A DNA stretch of 62,872 nucleotides, counting the filler, from Stramenopiles sp. TOSAG23-3 (lineage: Eukaryota): the NCBI GenBank assembly GCA_900128585.1. It is 4 parts of 4 records of this genome, joined end to end, with 100 filler letters (N's around TTAATTAATTAA, not from the genome) between each part and the next. Parts side by side here need not be neighbours in the genome. Positions count along the whole stretch, not along the records: positions 1 to 29,219 come from LT642239.1; 3 more parts are not named here. The stretch is one strand, 5' to 3'. Positions 1-11,380 of the stretch are shown here, piece by piece. The notes beneath the pieces were generated by a model, which ran no database searches, was not told where the DNA came from, and saw only the letters and a program-made list of their open reading frames with translations. How positions within the stretch are numbered: position 1 is the first letter of the stretch; each line of letters begins with the position of its first letter. Made by a program: the position numbers and the translations under genes.

Positions 1-842
1 GTTTAAAGAGTTGTTTACAAATTGATACTACAAATTTTCTTTTCTGTGAATGCGCAAATGAATCGAGGAAGGTTCCTTTTCTCTTTATCTTTCAAAGAGA
101 ACGCAACAACAGATAGCTACAGATATGAAACAACGAAATGAAACTCTCAAATCCTGAAACACGAAAAAAACTCTTGTTTTTTTGTGACAACAAAAGAAGA
201 TCGATAAATGCTTCTGGTCAATGCTATTCCTATATAAAGAATAAATAAATCTAAAAAAATAATATTATTTACAAGCAACGCAAATAAGAACTGTCCCTTT
301 ATTTTTATACTATACGGTACAGGTGAAAACCGTCCAAAATATACAGGAAGAGAAAGAAGAAAGAAAGAAAAGAAGAAGAAGACTTTTTTTTTTAACTTAA
401 AAAAAATAAGAATTTAATATTATTTTTTTATTTATTAAAATGCTCATTGATTGTATTCCTATGTATTATTACTATAAAGCTTTTCAGAAAAAGTCCGCAA
501 ATTAAAAATGAAACGAAAGAGAAGAAAAACAAAAAAACGGACGCCGGATTGAATGAATCAAAAAGGTAGGCGATAGCATGGATTTATAATGGTATTCTTA
601 TGTTAAATTAAACGCCCACGCACGATTCAAAAGACATCTGACCGATCGATTATTAAGGTAATTAAATAATAAGGAATGGTATGCAATAAAGGATGAAATA
701 CTTTCTTCGTTTTTTGAACTTCCTTGGTTCCTTGGTACGGTAGAAAATAAATGGTATGATAAAAAAAAGTTGTAAGAGAATATTTTGTCATAATAAGTTT
801 GTTTTATCCTTTTGTGCGTGCGCGTGTGCTTCGTTCCTCCCC

Positions 843-1934
843 TTACATGTCCAGGAACCCTGCATCCTGCAAGTTTTGTCTCAAGAAGATGTCTTTGCAC
901 GCGTTGAAAACGTGGTTGACGTTCTTTGTATCTGTAGCCGTTGTTTCGTGGGCGTAAAGTTCTTGCCCCGGGGGTGTTTTGCTTGAAAATTCCGATTTGA
1001 TAAATTCCAACGCGGTGCGGTACTCGCGGCCGCCGTTGTACTCTAAAAACCATTTTCGGTCAATGTTCCTCAAATCGATTTTCTTAATCTTCTCTTCAAA
1101 GAGGTCCATCTTATTCAAAAACAAAATAAAGGGGGTCTTCTTGAACCACTTGCTGTTCCTCGTGGAGGCAAAGAGTTCTAAACTTTCAACTAATCGGTTC
1201 TGGGTGTTGTCCTCGTAGCAGACCTGGTCGAACCCATTGAGGGACACTACGTAAATGACGGCAGTCACATTGTCAAAGCAATGGATCCACTTCTTGCGCT
1301 CGTTGCGCTGGCCTCCGACGTCGAACATTCGGAAGGGGTTCCCATTGATGCTAAACTCGGCCTCGACTATGCCGCTGGTTCGAATACGAACGTGGAGGAC
1401 GTCGTCCAACGTGGGGGTGTAGCCTTGGCCCGCGATGCGGTCGATCGAATTTAAATAATACTCCGTGTTGTCGTTCAGCTGAAAATCCGACCTTCGGCCG
1501 TACGTGCTCTGCGTCGACGGGTGGTTCCACACCGCCTTTATCGCGGCACCCAACGCTTCGTCCACGACCACAGAGCTTCCCAACCTACGAATTTCCTCCG
1601 CTTTGCTCATGACGTCCGCGTCGTACTGGAGCGGTTCTATACCGTCCATAGTAGGTTCCAAGGTCTCCTTGATCAAAGTCTGCATCGAGTCCACCACGTT
1701 GTTGTAGACGTTCGCCTTCTTCGCGGCCAACTCGGAGGCACTCCACCCTCCCGCCGTGTACAACTGTTTCATTTGCTTGAACACAGTACTTTTCCCCGAC
1801 TCACCGGCGCCAAGAAGCAGCAACTTCGTTACCATGTGTTCTTGCTGAAACTGTTTCTTCATCTGGGCCGATATTTCCTTGTTCCTCTGGAACTCGGCCT
1901 TTTTGTCCTCCGGAAGCGAAGCGCACAACCCCAT
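843..1934 (-). CDS. Heterotrimeric G protein alpha subunit (363 aa)
   Basis: G1 GAGESGKST, switch I RIRTSGI, G3 DVGGQR, G4 NKMD, G5 TATDT. Start placed at ATG 1934 because MGLCAS is an N-myristoylation/palmitoylation motif; the track's 38-aa upstream extension is not G-alpha-like. Confidence 0.97.
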   Translation of the reverse strand: MGLCASLPEDKKAEFQRNKEISAQMKKQFQQEHMVTKLLLLGAGESGKSTVFKQMKQLYTAGGWSASELAAKKANVYNNVVDSMQTLIKETLEPTMDGIEPLQYDADVMSKAEEIRRLGSSVVVDEALGAAIKAVWNHPSTQSTYGRRSDFQLNDNTEYYLNSIDRIAGQGYTPTLDDVLHVRIRTSGIVEAEFSINGNPFRMFDVGGQRNERKKWIHCFDNVTAVIYVVSLNGFDQVCYEDNTQNRLVESLELFASTRNSKWFKKTPFILFLNKMDLFEEKIKKIDLRNIDRKWFLEYNGGREYRTALEFIKSEFSSKTPPGQELYAHETTATDTKNVNHVFNACKDIFLRQNLQDAGFLDM

Positions 1935-2239
1935 CTTAGTTTTTTCTGAAATTACCACGTGTGTGTACAAGAAAACACAATTGGCGAATAAGTCGTCGTC
2001 GTTTATTACCAAGAATGGCTCAAGGTTGGCCATACTTTTCCCCCCCATCGATACCCTTTACTTCGTACCCTCCCTCTTTCCTTCCATCATTGTTCACTTC
2101 AAAACCATACGTGATTCATTCACTTCTTTTTATATTTTATATTATATTACTTCCTACAACCTACAAAGAAGTTCTATTACACCAAAAGGAATTATATTAG
2201 GTACCGTACACTATACGGTATCTCATTATAATATTCCTT

Positions 2240-2545
2240 CTCTATTCCTTCTCTTCTCTCTTCTCTCTTCTTTCTTCTTCTTTCTATTCTATTCTCTTCT
2301 CTTTCCTCTCTTCTCTCTTCTCTCTTCTCTCTTCTCTTTTCTCTCTTCTCTCTTCTCTCTTCTCTCTTCTCTCTTCTCTCTTCTCTTTTCTCTCTTCTCT
2401 CTTCTCTCTTCTTTCTTCTTTCTTCTTCTTTCTATTCTATTCTCTTCTCTTCTCTTTCCTCTCTTCTCTCTTCTCTCTTCTCTCTTCTCTCTTCTCTCTT
2501 CTCTCTTCTCTCTTCTCTCTTCTTTTCTCTTTCTTTTCTCTTTTA
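2240..2545. repeat. CT-rich polypyrimidine low-complexity tract
   Basis: Degenerate TCTCT/TCTCTCT units, read directly. Confidence 0.9.
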
Positions 2546-3050
2546 TTTCTGGCCACCAACAACAGAGATCATTTACAGGTACGTACAAGGTATAAAATAT
2601 CATAGTCTCATCCTCCTCTTCGTACTAATTACAGGACGTCTCCATAACTTAATTAAGGTATTACATATCAGATTAAAATATTAAATTACTTTTAAAACTA
2701 TATTATATAATTTATATTTATATCCGAGAAAACATTAGATAATTCTGATAAACTTTAGTTTTCCTTATTAGTAGAAAACCAAAAATCCTTCTTCGAACAC
2801 GAGTAAGATATTGTATACTAATTGTATTATTTAATAGTAATATATTATAGTTGTAATATAAAATAAAAAAGACATACACTACATTAGTACCAGGACTCAA
2901 TAAAAATGATTCCCCTTTTTTCTCTATTTATACTATACAATATTTAAAAAAGTATATTCTATTTATTCTGATGCTGTTTCCTTGCTATTCGTTCTCCCTC
3001 TTTTTCTCAATGTAAATGTAGACGACTATTATACGCTACGCTACCTGCAC

Positions 3051-3225
3051 ATCTCTTTCTTCTTTCTTCTTTCTTCTTTCTTCTTTCTTCTTTCTTCTTT
3101 CTTCTTTCTTCTTTCTTCTTTCTTCTTTCTTCNNNNNNNNNTTCTTCTTTCTTCTTTCTTCTTTCTTCTTTCTTCTTTCTTCTTCTTTCTTCTTTCTTCT
3201 TTCTTCTTTCTTCTTTCTTCCTCCT
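3051..3225. repeat. TTC/TTTC compound microsatellite containing a 9-N gap (3133-3141)
   Basis: Directly visible. Confidence 0.9.
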
Positions 3226-3995
3226 CTATCTACAACTTCTACACTTTTTTGATCTGAAATTTAACTCCTGAAATCCCCTCCACTCCACAACCAGGGGAAG
3301 GAGGAGTCACTCCTCATAACTTTCATTCTTTTATTCTCCTTTGGTGCTTCTTAGATGTTGTAGTTTTGGTTGGTTAATTAATCCAGTATAGTCAGCATAG
3401 TATTATATAAGTCTCATATTTAATATAGAAATAGTACCATATTTGGATGGACCCAAGCAAGGCTCAAAGAACAAAAGTTGGAGCTCTAATTCTATTTTGC
3501 TACAGTATCTACCAAGGGTATCTCCTGTTAAAAAAATCAAAAACACGCACGCGCGGTTAATAGTCAAGTCAGCCATTGTACTGTGTGTATTTAAGTTATT
3601 ATTTTATAACTTCCGCCCGTTTAGATATTCTAGTGGTAATATCTTTCCATTCCATACTGTGTACATATTAAAAATTTCGGAGATAATCGACAAGAAGATA
3701 ATCCAAAACAGATAAACTATATATACATAATCACAGCACTAAATTTAATACAGCAATATCTCTTTTTAATTAAGGCATACAAATAGTTATATACAAACAT
3801 AATTAAAATATATTTATTCTTGTTAATTCTATATAATTATATTAATATATTATACAAATAAAATAATAATAATATGATATGATACCTTAACTTGAGATAA
3901 CAATGAAACGAATCAAGTTTATTTTTATTTTTTTTATTTCTTACTCCAATACGGGTATACACTAACTACCACTACAGGATAACTAACTAACAAAT

Positions 3996-4145
3996 AAAGA
4001 AGGAAGAAAGAAGAAAGAAGGAAAGAAGAAGAAGAAGGAAAGAAGAAAGAAAGAAAGAAGAAGAAGGAAAGAAGAAAGAAAGAAAGAAGAAGAAGAGCAT
4101 AGAAGAGAGCAGAAAGAAAGAAGCAACAACAACAACAACAACACA
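3996..4145. repeat. AAG/AAAG polypurine tract followed by (CAA)n
   Basis: Directly visible upstream of the Ras gene. Confidence 0.85.
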
Positions 4146-4295
4146 AAAACAAAAAACAACTAAGAACTAAAAACGAAAACTAAAACAAAGACGAAAACAT
4201 TTGATCATTCATGTTTGCTTCTGACTATGTAAAAAATGACACGAAACGAAAAACAATTGCTTTGAACAGTGTATTAAATCGAACATATTTCTACC

Positions 4296-5047
4296 ATGAA
4301 CGTGAAACTTATTGTTATGGGACAGGGTGGTGTAGGTAAGTCTTGCCTGACACAGCAGTTCTGTTTGAACCGTTTCGTCGGTGACTCTGTAAGTATACCC
4401 AACGCTCTCTCCCTCCCTCTCCGTGCCTGCCATGTATCTCCCGCCCAAATGCACAACCTCTAACATTCCCTTACACTATTTCACAGTACTCCCCAACCGT
4501 TGAGGACAAGTTTACCAAGCACTTGGAAGTAAACGGGAAAGCCGTATTTGCCGAAATTCTGGACACTGCCGGGCAGGATCAGTATTCCGACTTGCGCCCA
4601 CACTTTCTTCCTCACGGTGACGCCTTCGTCCTGGTATACGCCATCAACGACAACGAAACCTTTGAAAAGATAGATGAATTCCATGAACAAATCTTTCAAG
4701 TCAACGAGCGCGCAGCACAGTTGCCCATTATTTTGATAGGCAACAAGTGCGATATGGAAAGCGAGCGCCGTGTCGAAGTCGAGGAAGGGCAAGTGAAAAA
4801 GAACGAGCTTCAAGAACGTGGCGGAAAGGTTATATTTTTTGAAACGTCAGCAAAAGATAACCTGAACGTCGAAGAAGCGTTCCGCAAAGCAATTTCACTG
4901 TCTTTGGAACTGAACACGAGCAGTGAGTCCACCACCACCTCTGGGGTCATGGGTGCCGGAAAAAGCAACACCTACGAAGCCGGCAACTCTGCTGCAGCTG
5001 GAAAGAAGAAATCCGGCGGTCTTTTCAGCAAATGCAGTTTGCTGTAA
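4296..5047 (+). CDS. Ras-family small GTPase, 2 exons (4296-4388, 4487-5047; 217 aa)
   Basis: Exon 1 is missed by the ORF track and reads MNVKLIVMGQGGVGKS. A 98-nt phase-0 intron (GTAAGT...CTAAC...CACAG) joins it in frame to YSPTVED, DTAGQ, NKCD, ETSAK, a basic tail and CaaX CSLL. Confidence 0.95.
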
Positions 5048-5824
5048 ATTGCTGCGAACGGCACAATCGTAACTTTCTGCGGCCACATACAGGATCTCTT
5101 GCCACCGCGCCAAATCCCAGGCGGAGAGGCAAGTTTTCTCGCAAGAAACCTTGCATTGAAAGCGCTATTCTTTTGACGGCACCGATACAACAACGTGCCC
5201 GTGAAGAAACGGTTTTTGTAAATTGCAGCGTGCAAAATATGCCGCGGGGGTGTGTTCAACACGCATAAGGGGAGCGGAGAGAAAAGAGTTTGATTGGTTT
5301 AAACGTTCATCGATAATTAAAAAAAAAATAATTATCGATAATTAAAACATATTTTGACACTATGCTTCACAAGCCCCTTCATAGAAACTGCACCATCGTA
5401 TGCTCCCTCGTTTCTCTTTTTCTAGCAGAATTATTTACCGACCGCCGCAGGCGTTTTTTAACAGAAATAGAATTACGGTGGGTTGGTTCCCTCCAACCGT
5501 CAGGCTCCGTCCACACAATTTGCTCCCCCCATCGGATCGATACATAAGGTCGTAAGTAACTGAGTGGAGGGAGAAAGGCCGAGGAAGTTTAACACTGGTA
5601 GAAAAACAAATTATATAGTATGTTTTAAGTCAAAAAAGAAAAGAAAAAAGAAGGTAAAACCGTTCGAGAACCCAAACTCCTCCTTGTTCCAGAATAAAAC
5701 TTCTGGTATTCATCATTCAAACTATCATAAAGTTGTTTGAGACAGAATATACAAAAAAAATTCAGTGGTACAAAGCATAATTTAGAACCGAGTGGGGCGC
5801 GTCGTGGTGCGCACACGACGCAAC

Positions 5825-6127
5825 TTATTTCGACATTTCCTTCATATGCAAAGCCGTCGTACGGTTCAATAACTGCCCCATAATATCGTCTACCAGCAGG
5901 TCGCTTGCAGGATCAAAGGTAATTTTTTCTCCGTTCTTCAATTCGATATCAACTGTTGGCCCTTCCTGTCTTTCCAAAACGGTCGCTTTCAAAGTTACTT
6001 TTGGGTTCGTGGCGACACTCGGTCCCGCGCTAACTTGTCTAAAAAATTCACGCGCGCCGCGCGCCGTCTTGTCAAACGGATGAAAAGCGACGGCAATCTT
6101 CTTTACGTACCGCAAACCGCCACTCAT
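5825..6127 (-). CDS. MRPL53: Mitochondrial ribosomal protein mL53-like
   Basis: 100 aa; pattern YVKKIAVAFHPF..ARGAREF...TNPK...PTVDIELKNG matches the mL53 family as recalled. Confidence 0.8.
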   Translation of the reverse strand: MSGGLRYVKKIAVAFHPFDKTARGAREFFRQVSAGPSVATNPKVTLKATVLERQEGPTVDIELKNGEKITFDPASDLLVDDIMGQLLNRTTALHMKEMSK

Positions 6128-6852
6128 GGTCCTCTCTCAACAACAACAAAAAGATACAATTCACAATCCAACAATATACAACACCGCAGGTCTTTTGTAT
6201 TCATCTAAGAATTCTAACCCCTCCCACCAAATTATTTCTCATACTAAATTCCACATATCTATTATCAAATTGATTCTGCACAATGGTTGGTATTACATTA
6301 CACGTTCGGTTCGGTTGGCAAGCAGGCATGAACAGAAGTGAGATTCATTGGTTGGCTTTTGTATAATGTACAATTGATAGAATAATTAATGTATACATAT
6401 ACATACAATAAACACAAATAATAATTGTATTATATTAATATATACATTAATTGTAGTAATAATAAAATAGATCCCTATATAATATTTTTTCCCTTCTTCT
6501 TCTTCTTCCTCTTCTTCTTCTTCTTCTTCCTTCTTTTTCCACGGATAATAATTATTTGTTGTTGTTTTGTTGGATTTTTGTTGTTGTATTGATTGATTGA
6601 TTATTATTTGATGGGAATGAAAATCACACGATAAGAACTGATTATCTTTTAAGAAAGAATCGCATCTGTTCGGCATTATTTACAGTTTTTGTTTTGAGTT
6701 TTTGAACGATAGATACAGATAGACCAATTGAATGGTACAATTCAGTAAGATTAGAATTATTTTGAAACGAAGCACGTTTTCTGCTCGTCAAGGCTGCAGG
6801 GGGCACATTTTTTCCCTGGTCACATTTGAACTCCCGTGGCACGTAGAATACA

Positions 6853-8274
6853 ATGGCGGCGGTAGCGACGTGGTCCGCTGACAAAGTTTTTCCTAGGCTG
6901 CGAAGTAGCGCCCTACTCCACGACGACCAGCCGGTGGAGTGGCGGGAAGAGATTCGGCAAACCATAGAGATTATATGCACTGTTCTTGAAAGGGATTGGG
7001 GGAAGTTTGCAAACTTGAAAGAGTGGTCTAGTTTTTTGAATTGCTCGCGTATCGCGAAGGAAATAGAAGAGGCGGTTGTCCCGATAGCCTACGTGCTCCA
7101 AATCCTGCGAAAAAGTGGCACAGAATGGACGGTGTTGGACTTGTGCAGCGGCAAGGGATTTTTTGCGTGCCTCTTGTGCGATGTCGTCGCAAACGACAAA
7201 CGCCTCAAGCCGTTACAGATGAAGCGTGTGGTAATGGTCGATAACGACGACAATATCAACTGGGAGCACGTCAAGTTGTTGAATGAATTCCACCAGGGGC
7301 AAGGCGTGCCGTACGCCCCAATCGATGCACACAGGGCCTGCCTCTACAGCGACGAATTTTCTGCCTGCCTTCGCGGGATATTGAATTCACCAACGGGGGA
7401 GTGCTCTCCTCAAAACATTTTTGTCATCGGGACACATCTTTGTAGACGACTGTCGGCCCATGCCGTAGAAGTGTACAACGAGCTTGTTCATGCAACGCCG
7501 AAGGATGCCAAGTGCGCCCTCCTTCTCGCCCCTTGCTGCCTCCCCGTTTTTCGAGGATTTTGCTACATAAAAGGCCGCTGCAACCGCGAGGAACCGAAGA
7601 CAGGCGAGATGTCGCCGAAGCCACCCGCGCCTTTGCCTGGGTTAACCTTTTTAAGCGACGGGGAGACAGCCCTGTATGCCCAAGTTTGTTGGCACATGTT
7701 GCAGGCGCAAGAGGCGGGGAAAGGCGGCATAAAGCTGTCAGACATTTCAAAAGTTTGCAAAGCGACGTGCAAGATGATTAAACGGGTGGCGTACAAGGGT
7801 CGTCGGGCAGGGGAACTGAAGTCGGAGCATGGGATGTGGAGCTTACGTGAGTGGGACGACAAGAACGGTAAATTCGCTCGAATGAAAGCGGGCAACGCCG
7901 TGTTTGAGGAGGAGGGTAAGGGTGCGGACGAGGGGTCGGGCAAGGTGTTGACCGAGAAGTTCTGTTCGTGGACATGTGCGAAAGACGTACCAAATTTTCT
8001 GTCCGAAAGAGGGGGTAGACAGTGCAGCATTCTAAAGACAAAGGAGGACTCGCAGACATTCTTTAAGATAGACTTGTTTAGTCTGGGGCTGGTGTCAAAC
8101 GGCCAGCCATTTTTGTACTGGGTCTCTGCGCTGGCGGCGGCGGTCGAGCGCGGCGAAGAGGGGACAGCGGTCAGGCTCGTGCAGGCGCCCCTTGTAAGCG
8201 GGGCCCATACGGAGCAAGAAAAAAATGGCAACTGTCAGAGCGAAAGGCGGTCGTCTTGGATCCTTGCTTGGTAG
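6853..8274 (+). CDS. Class I SAM-dependent methyltransferase (Methyltransf_32-like) with a winged-helix insert
   Basis: Motif I VLDLCSGKGF, VVMVD, IGTHLCRRLS and LAPCC resemble the LHACGDL...PCC family signature. Confidence 0.75.
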   Translation: MAAVATWSADKVFPRLRSSALLHDDQPVEWREEIRQTIEIICTVLERDWGKFANLKEWSSFLNCSRIAKEIEEAVVPIAYVLQILRKSGTEWTVLDLCSGKGFFACLLCDVVANDKRLKPLQMKRVVMVDNDDNINWEHVKLLNEFHQGQGVPYAPIDAHRACLYSDEFSACLRGILNSPTGECSPQNIFVIGTHLCRRLSAHAVEVYNELVHATPKDAKCALLLAPCCLPVFRGFCYIKGRCNREEPKTGEMSPKPPAPLPGLTFLSDGETALYAQVCWHMLQAQEAGKGGIKLSDISKVCKATCKMIKRVAYKGRRAGELKSEHGMWSLREWDDKNGKFARMKAGNAVFEEEGKGADEGSGKVLTEKFCSWTCAKDVPNFLSERGGRQCSILKTKEDSQTFFKIDLFSLGLVSNGQPFLYWVSALAAAVERGEEGTAVRLVQAPLVSGAHTEQEKNGNCQSERRSSWILAW

Positions 8275-8660
8275 AGAAAGGCGACATTTTTGGAGTACGC
8301 GTGGAGCAAGAGGGGATTTTTGGGGAAGTGAGAGAGGGGCGCTGTTGTTGCACAGAGTGCGGCGTGTGTAACTTTCTCCGTGTCTGTACACTCACAAAGA
8401 GAGCCAAGGCACGTTTTCGCAAGATACATTGTAACGTCTTATGGTATTCAGATGTTTATGAAAAACCAAAATATATAGTATGTTTATGATATGATATTTA
8501 AAACTTTATCAGCATACTATATAATTTGTTTTAAAAAAGAACTTTATCATATGATAGTATCATAACAGTTAACAAATGAAAAAACAAATACAGGTAACAA
8601 ATGAGATTATGGTTTTATTTTATTTTTCTTTCTCTTATGAACACACTGCCCCGAACGCAT

Positions 8661-9467
8661 CTATTCGATGTAGATCTTTGAATAACCTTCCAACTTTTCA
8701 ATGGTGCGTTCCAATTCTTCCAACTGGGCTTCAAAGCCTTCTTTCTTCTTTAACTTGTTAATTGTATCGAGCACAGTTTGGTGCGATATTTTTTGGTATT
8801 GTTTGTTTACAGAGTCCCACTTTCGTTTCAATTGCTTTAACAATTTCTTCTTTTCACCCTCCGGAAGTTCCAAAGCTTGGGGCCCATCCATGCCCTTTTG
8901 CTCTTCTTCCAAATACTCACGCAAGACTGCCTTCTCTTCTTCGATCGCTGCTTTGACCTGGGTCAAGTACTCTGGGACAACACCGTAATCTTTTTTGGCG
9001 ACGTACAAGGCGTCGTCCTTGCTGACTTTCTTCGGTACGGCAAGAATGTTTTCAACGGCGTTGGCAACTAAGAAATTTTTGGTGGTCTGCAGTCCCATTA
9101 CTGGTTTTTCAGACGCAGGTGGCGGCCCCGCTTTCTTCGGGCCGACGTAGGGGCGAACATAGCGCTTTGGGCCTCCTTGTGGGATGACGTCTTTACCGGA
9201 ACCTTTCAAGTACGACCTAGGGTTTGAGGTAGTCTTGGAGCGTCCTCCCATGGTGGACTTCTTCTTCATTGCAATGCTGAGGGCGACGTTGCCGGCGTCT
9301 CCTCTGTTTGCGCCGGGAACGCGCGTGGTTCCTTCCAGACCGAAGCATGACGCGGTCGGGGGTTTCTTTGGGTGGTGCATACTCTTGTAACGAGCTGGCT
9401 TTACCGCGGCTGGCGGGGCATCCACAACCCAGTTCGCAATGTTCTCTTCAGGTTCTCCGTAGTACAT
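8661..9467 (-). CDS. ENKUR: Enkurin (axonemal microtubule inner protein, FAP106-like)
   Basis: PVMGLQTTKNFLVANAVENIL, KKDYGVVPEYL, LKRKWDSVNKQYQK and a C-terminal IEKL..KIYI. Confidence 0.92.
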   Translation of the reverse strand: MYYGEPEENIANWVVDAPPAAVKPARYKSMHHPKKPPTASCFGLEGTTRVPGANRGDAGNVALSIAMKKKSTMGGRSKTTSNPRSYLKGSGKDVIPQGGPKRYVRPYVGPKKAGPPPASEKPVMGLQTTKNFLVANAVENILAVPKKVSKDDALYVAKKDYGVVPEYLTQVKAAIEEEKAVLREYLEEEQKGMDGPQALELPEGEKKKLLKQLKRKWDSVNKQYQKISHQTVLDTINKLKKKEGFEAQLEELERTIEKLEGYSKIYIE

Positions 9468-9595
9468 TTTCTTACACTGTATAAACGGACGAAATAGTTT
9501 TGATTCTCCTTCGTGCGATTGTTTTCTAAAACTAATGTATAGGCATATACTTTTCTTGTTTAAGAATTTCTATTTCAACCTCCTCAAAATGTCTC

Positions 9596-9627
<32 letters not shown>

Positions 9628-9688
9628 GTAAGGGTACTTGTTCCGATATATTCTTCTTCTTACTTCTTCAGCTGTGCGCGCTGCGTTT

Positions 9689-9764
9689 TTCTTCTTCTTC
9701 TTCTTCTTCTTCTTCTTCTTCTTCTTCTTCTTCTTCTTCTTCTTCTTCTTCTTCTTCTTCTTCT
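9689..9764. repeat. (CTT)n microsatellite
   Basis: Perfect trinucleotide run. Confidence 0.95.
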
Positions 9765-10481
9765 CAATCTTCTTCGAAACTACTAACTACTACACAGTAT
9801 AGAAAATCATTGACAGCGATGAATTAAAAATAATACGTTGACATTTTACATAGATATAGCATTAAATGCAAAGTAACGTAAAATCAAGAGACCGTTTCAT
9901 TCCTGTTCGGTCGAAATCCGTTAGAATTATGTACTTAGTATAATATATACCATACGATACAATATCCTATTAAAAATGGTTTGATCGAAATGAACGTTTG
10001 CAAAAGTATCGTTCTATGAATGCGGTGCTATGATATTGTTATAGAGAATAGTATATCTAAATAGAATGAGGTGGGTGTGTCTGTCATGTCAACTCAACTC
10101 AACTTGACATATTCTTTTTCTATTGTACTTATTGTACTTAATAGACTATACGAATAATTGTCCATTGAAATAATGATATTTTATTCCAAGATTGACAGTG
10201 CTACTACTGTACTTTTATATCATTTTAGACTAAAGACTAGACTGTCACAAATATAAAGGTTGGGTTGTATATCATCTAAGTTATTACCTATATATATTTT
10301 AATACTATACGAAGACGACCTAATTATAAAGTATCAAGTAGTAGTTATATAATAAATGTTGTAGGAGATGTGTGAATTGGAAAATGGGATTTTGATCTCC
10401 TAAAAAAGACAAGGTGACAGTCCTCCATCCAATCCATTCCCAATCATTCATTCCATTCACTCTAGCCTATGAAGAGATAAT

Positions 10482-10575
10482 ATAGATGATGAAGCCTTGA
10501 GTGAGAGAGAGAGATAGATGATGAAGCCTTGAGACTTGAGATGGATGATCAAGCAATTGAGATGATGAAGCCAAC
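10482..10575. repeat. Short imperfect direct repeats of AGATGATGAAGCC(TTGAG)
   Basis: Two copies of ATAGATGATGAAGCCTTGAG plus two degenerate copies. Confidence 0.7.
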
Positions 10576-10996
10576 TGATGTGGAAAGCCATTATTTAATG
10601 TACTACTTTGGGCTGTGTGGGGTGGGGTGTTGGGGGGTGGGGGGTATATTCTTTATTTATTCCTTTTTCTTTTTTTCTTTATTTTATTTATTCTTTATTT
10701 ATTCTTTATTTATTCCTTCGTATTACATTCCTGTTGGTCTTGCCTAAGTATACTTAATAAATAAATAAGAATATAATTAAATAATAGGATTAAAAGGACA
10801 GACGGAGGACAAATAATTGAACGAGGACAATAATATTAGTCATCTAATTGGGACAATACCTGCCCTGCATTAAATAAAGAAGTATACAGATTCTTATTCT
10901 ATACATATTATATACCTATCTAATATTTTAAAAACTATGAAAAATATCTTCTTTTTTTTTCTCTGTTTTTTTATTTAATCTTCTTTTTTTTCTTTT

Positions 10997-10998
10997 TT

Positions 10999-11066
<68 letters not shown>

Positions 11067-11068
11067 TC
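10997..11068. repeat. (TTTC)n microsatellite
   Basis: Directly visible. Confidence 0.95.
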
Positions 11069-11380
11069 AACAAAACACTTTTTTTAAATTAAAAAAAATA
11101 ATAATAATTTTATTTTATAGTCTTCTATTATTATATTATTATATTATAATAAATAATAAATAATAATTGAGCAAAAGTAGTAGTAGAAAAATGAATATGA
11201 AGTTGGAAATGGATTGAGGAGGACATTCAATCGAAAGACGATGGCGAAGAAAGAGTTGGCGGACAACGAATTCTTAAGACAATACCCTTGAGGAAAAACG
11301 TTCATATTTTAAAATATATACACACAGATATATACCCTTCCCTTTTTGCATACAATACAAGACAGACTGACACTGCAACC

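Noticed and set aside
1935-2048. N-terminal extension of the G-alpha ORF
   Set aside because: It would bury the MGLCAS lipidation motif; treated as 5' UTR.
2289-4152. Track ORFs rich in R/E/K or L/S/F
   Set aside because: They are translations of CT/AG microsatellites; the same applies to 9535-9786 and 15619-15819.
5362-5600. GC-richer intergenic patch with a GGTTGG/CCAACC hairpin and a minus-strand CTCGGCCTT resembling the U2 5' end
   Set aside because: No U2 branch-recognition GTAGTA or other snRNA hallmark; an Infernal/Rfam scan would settle it.
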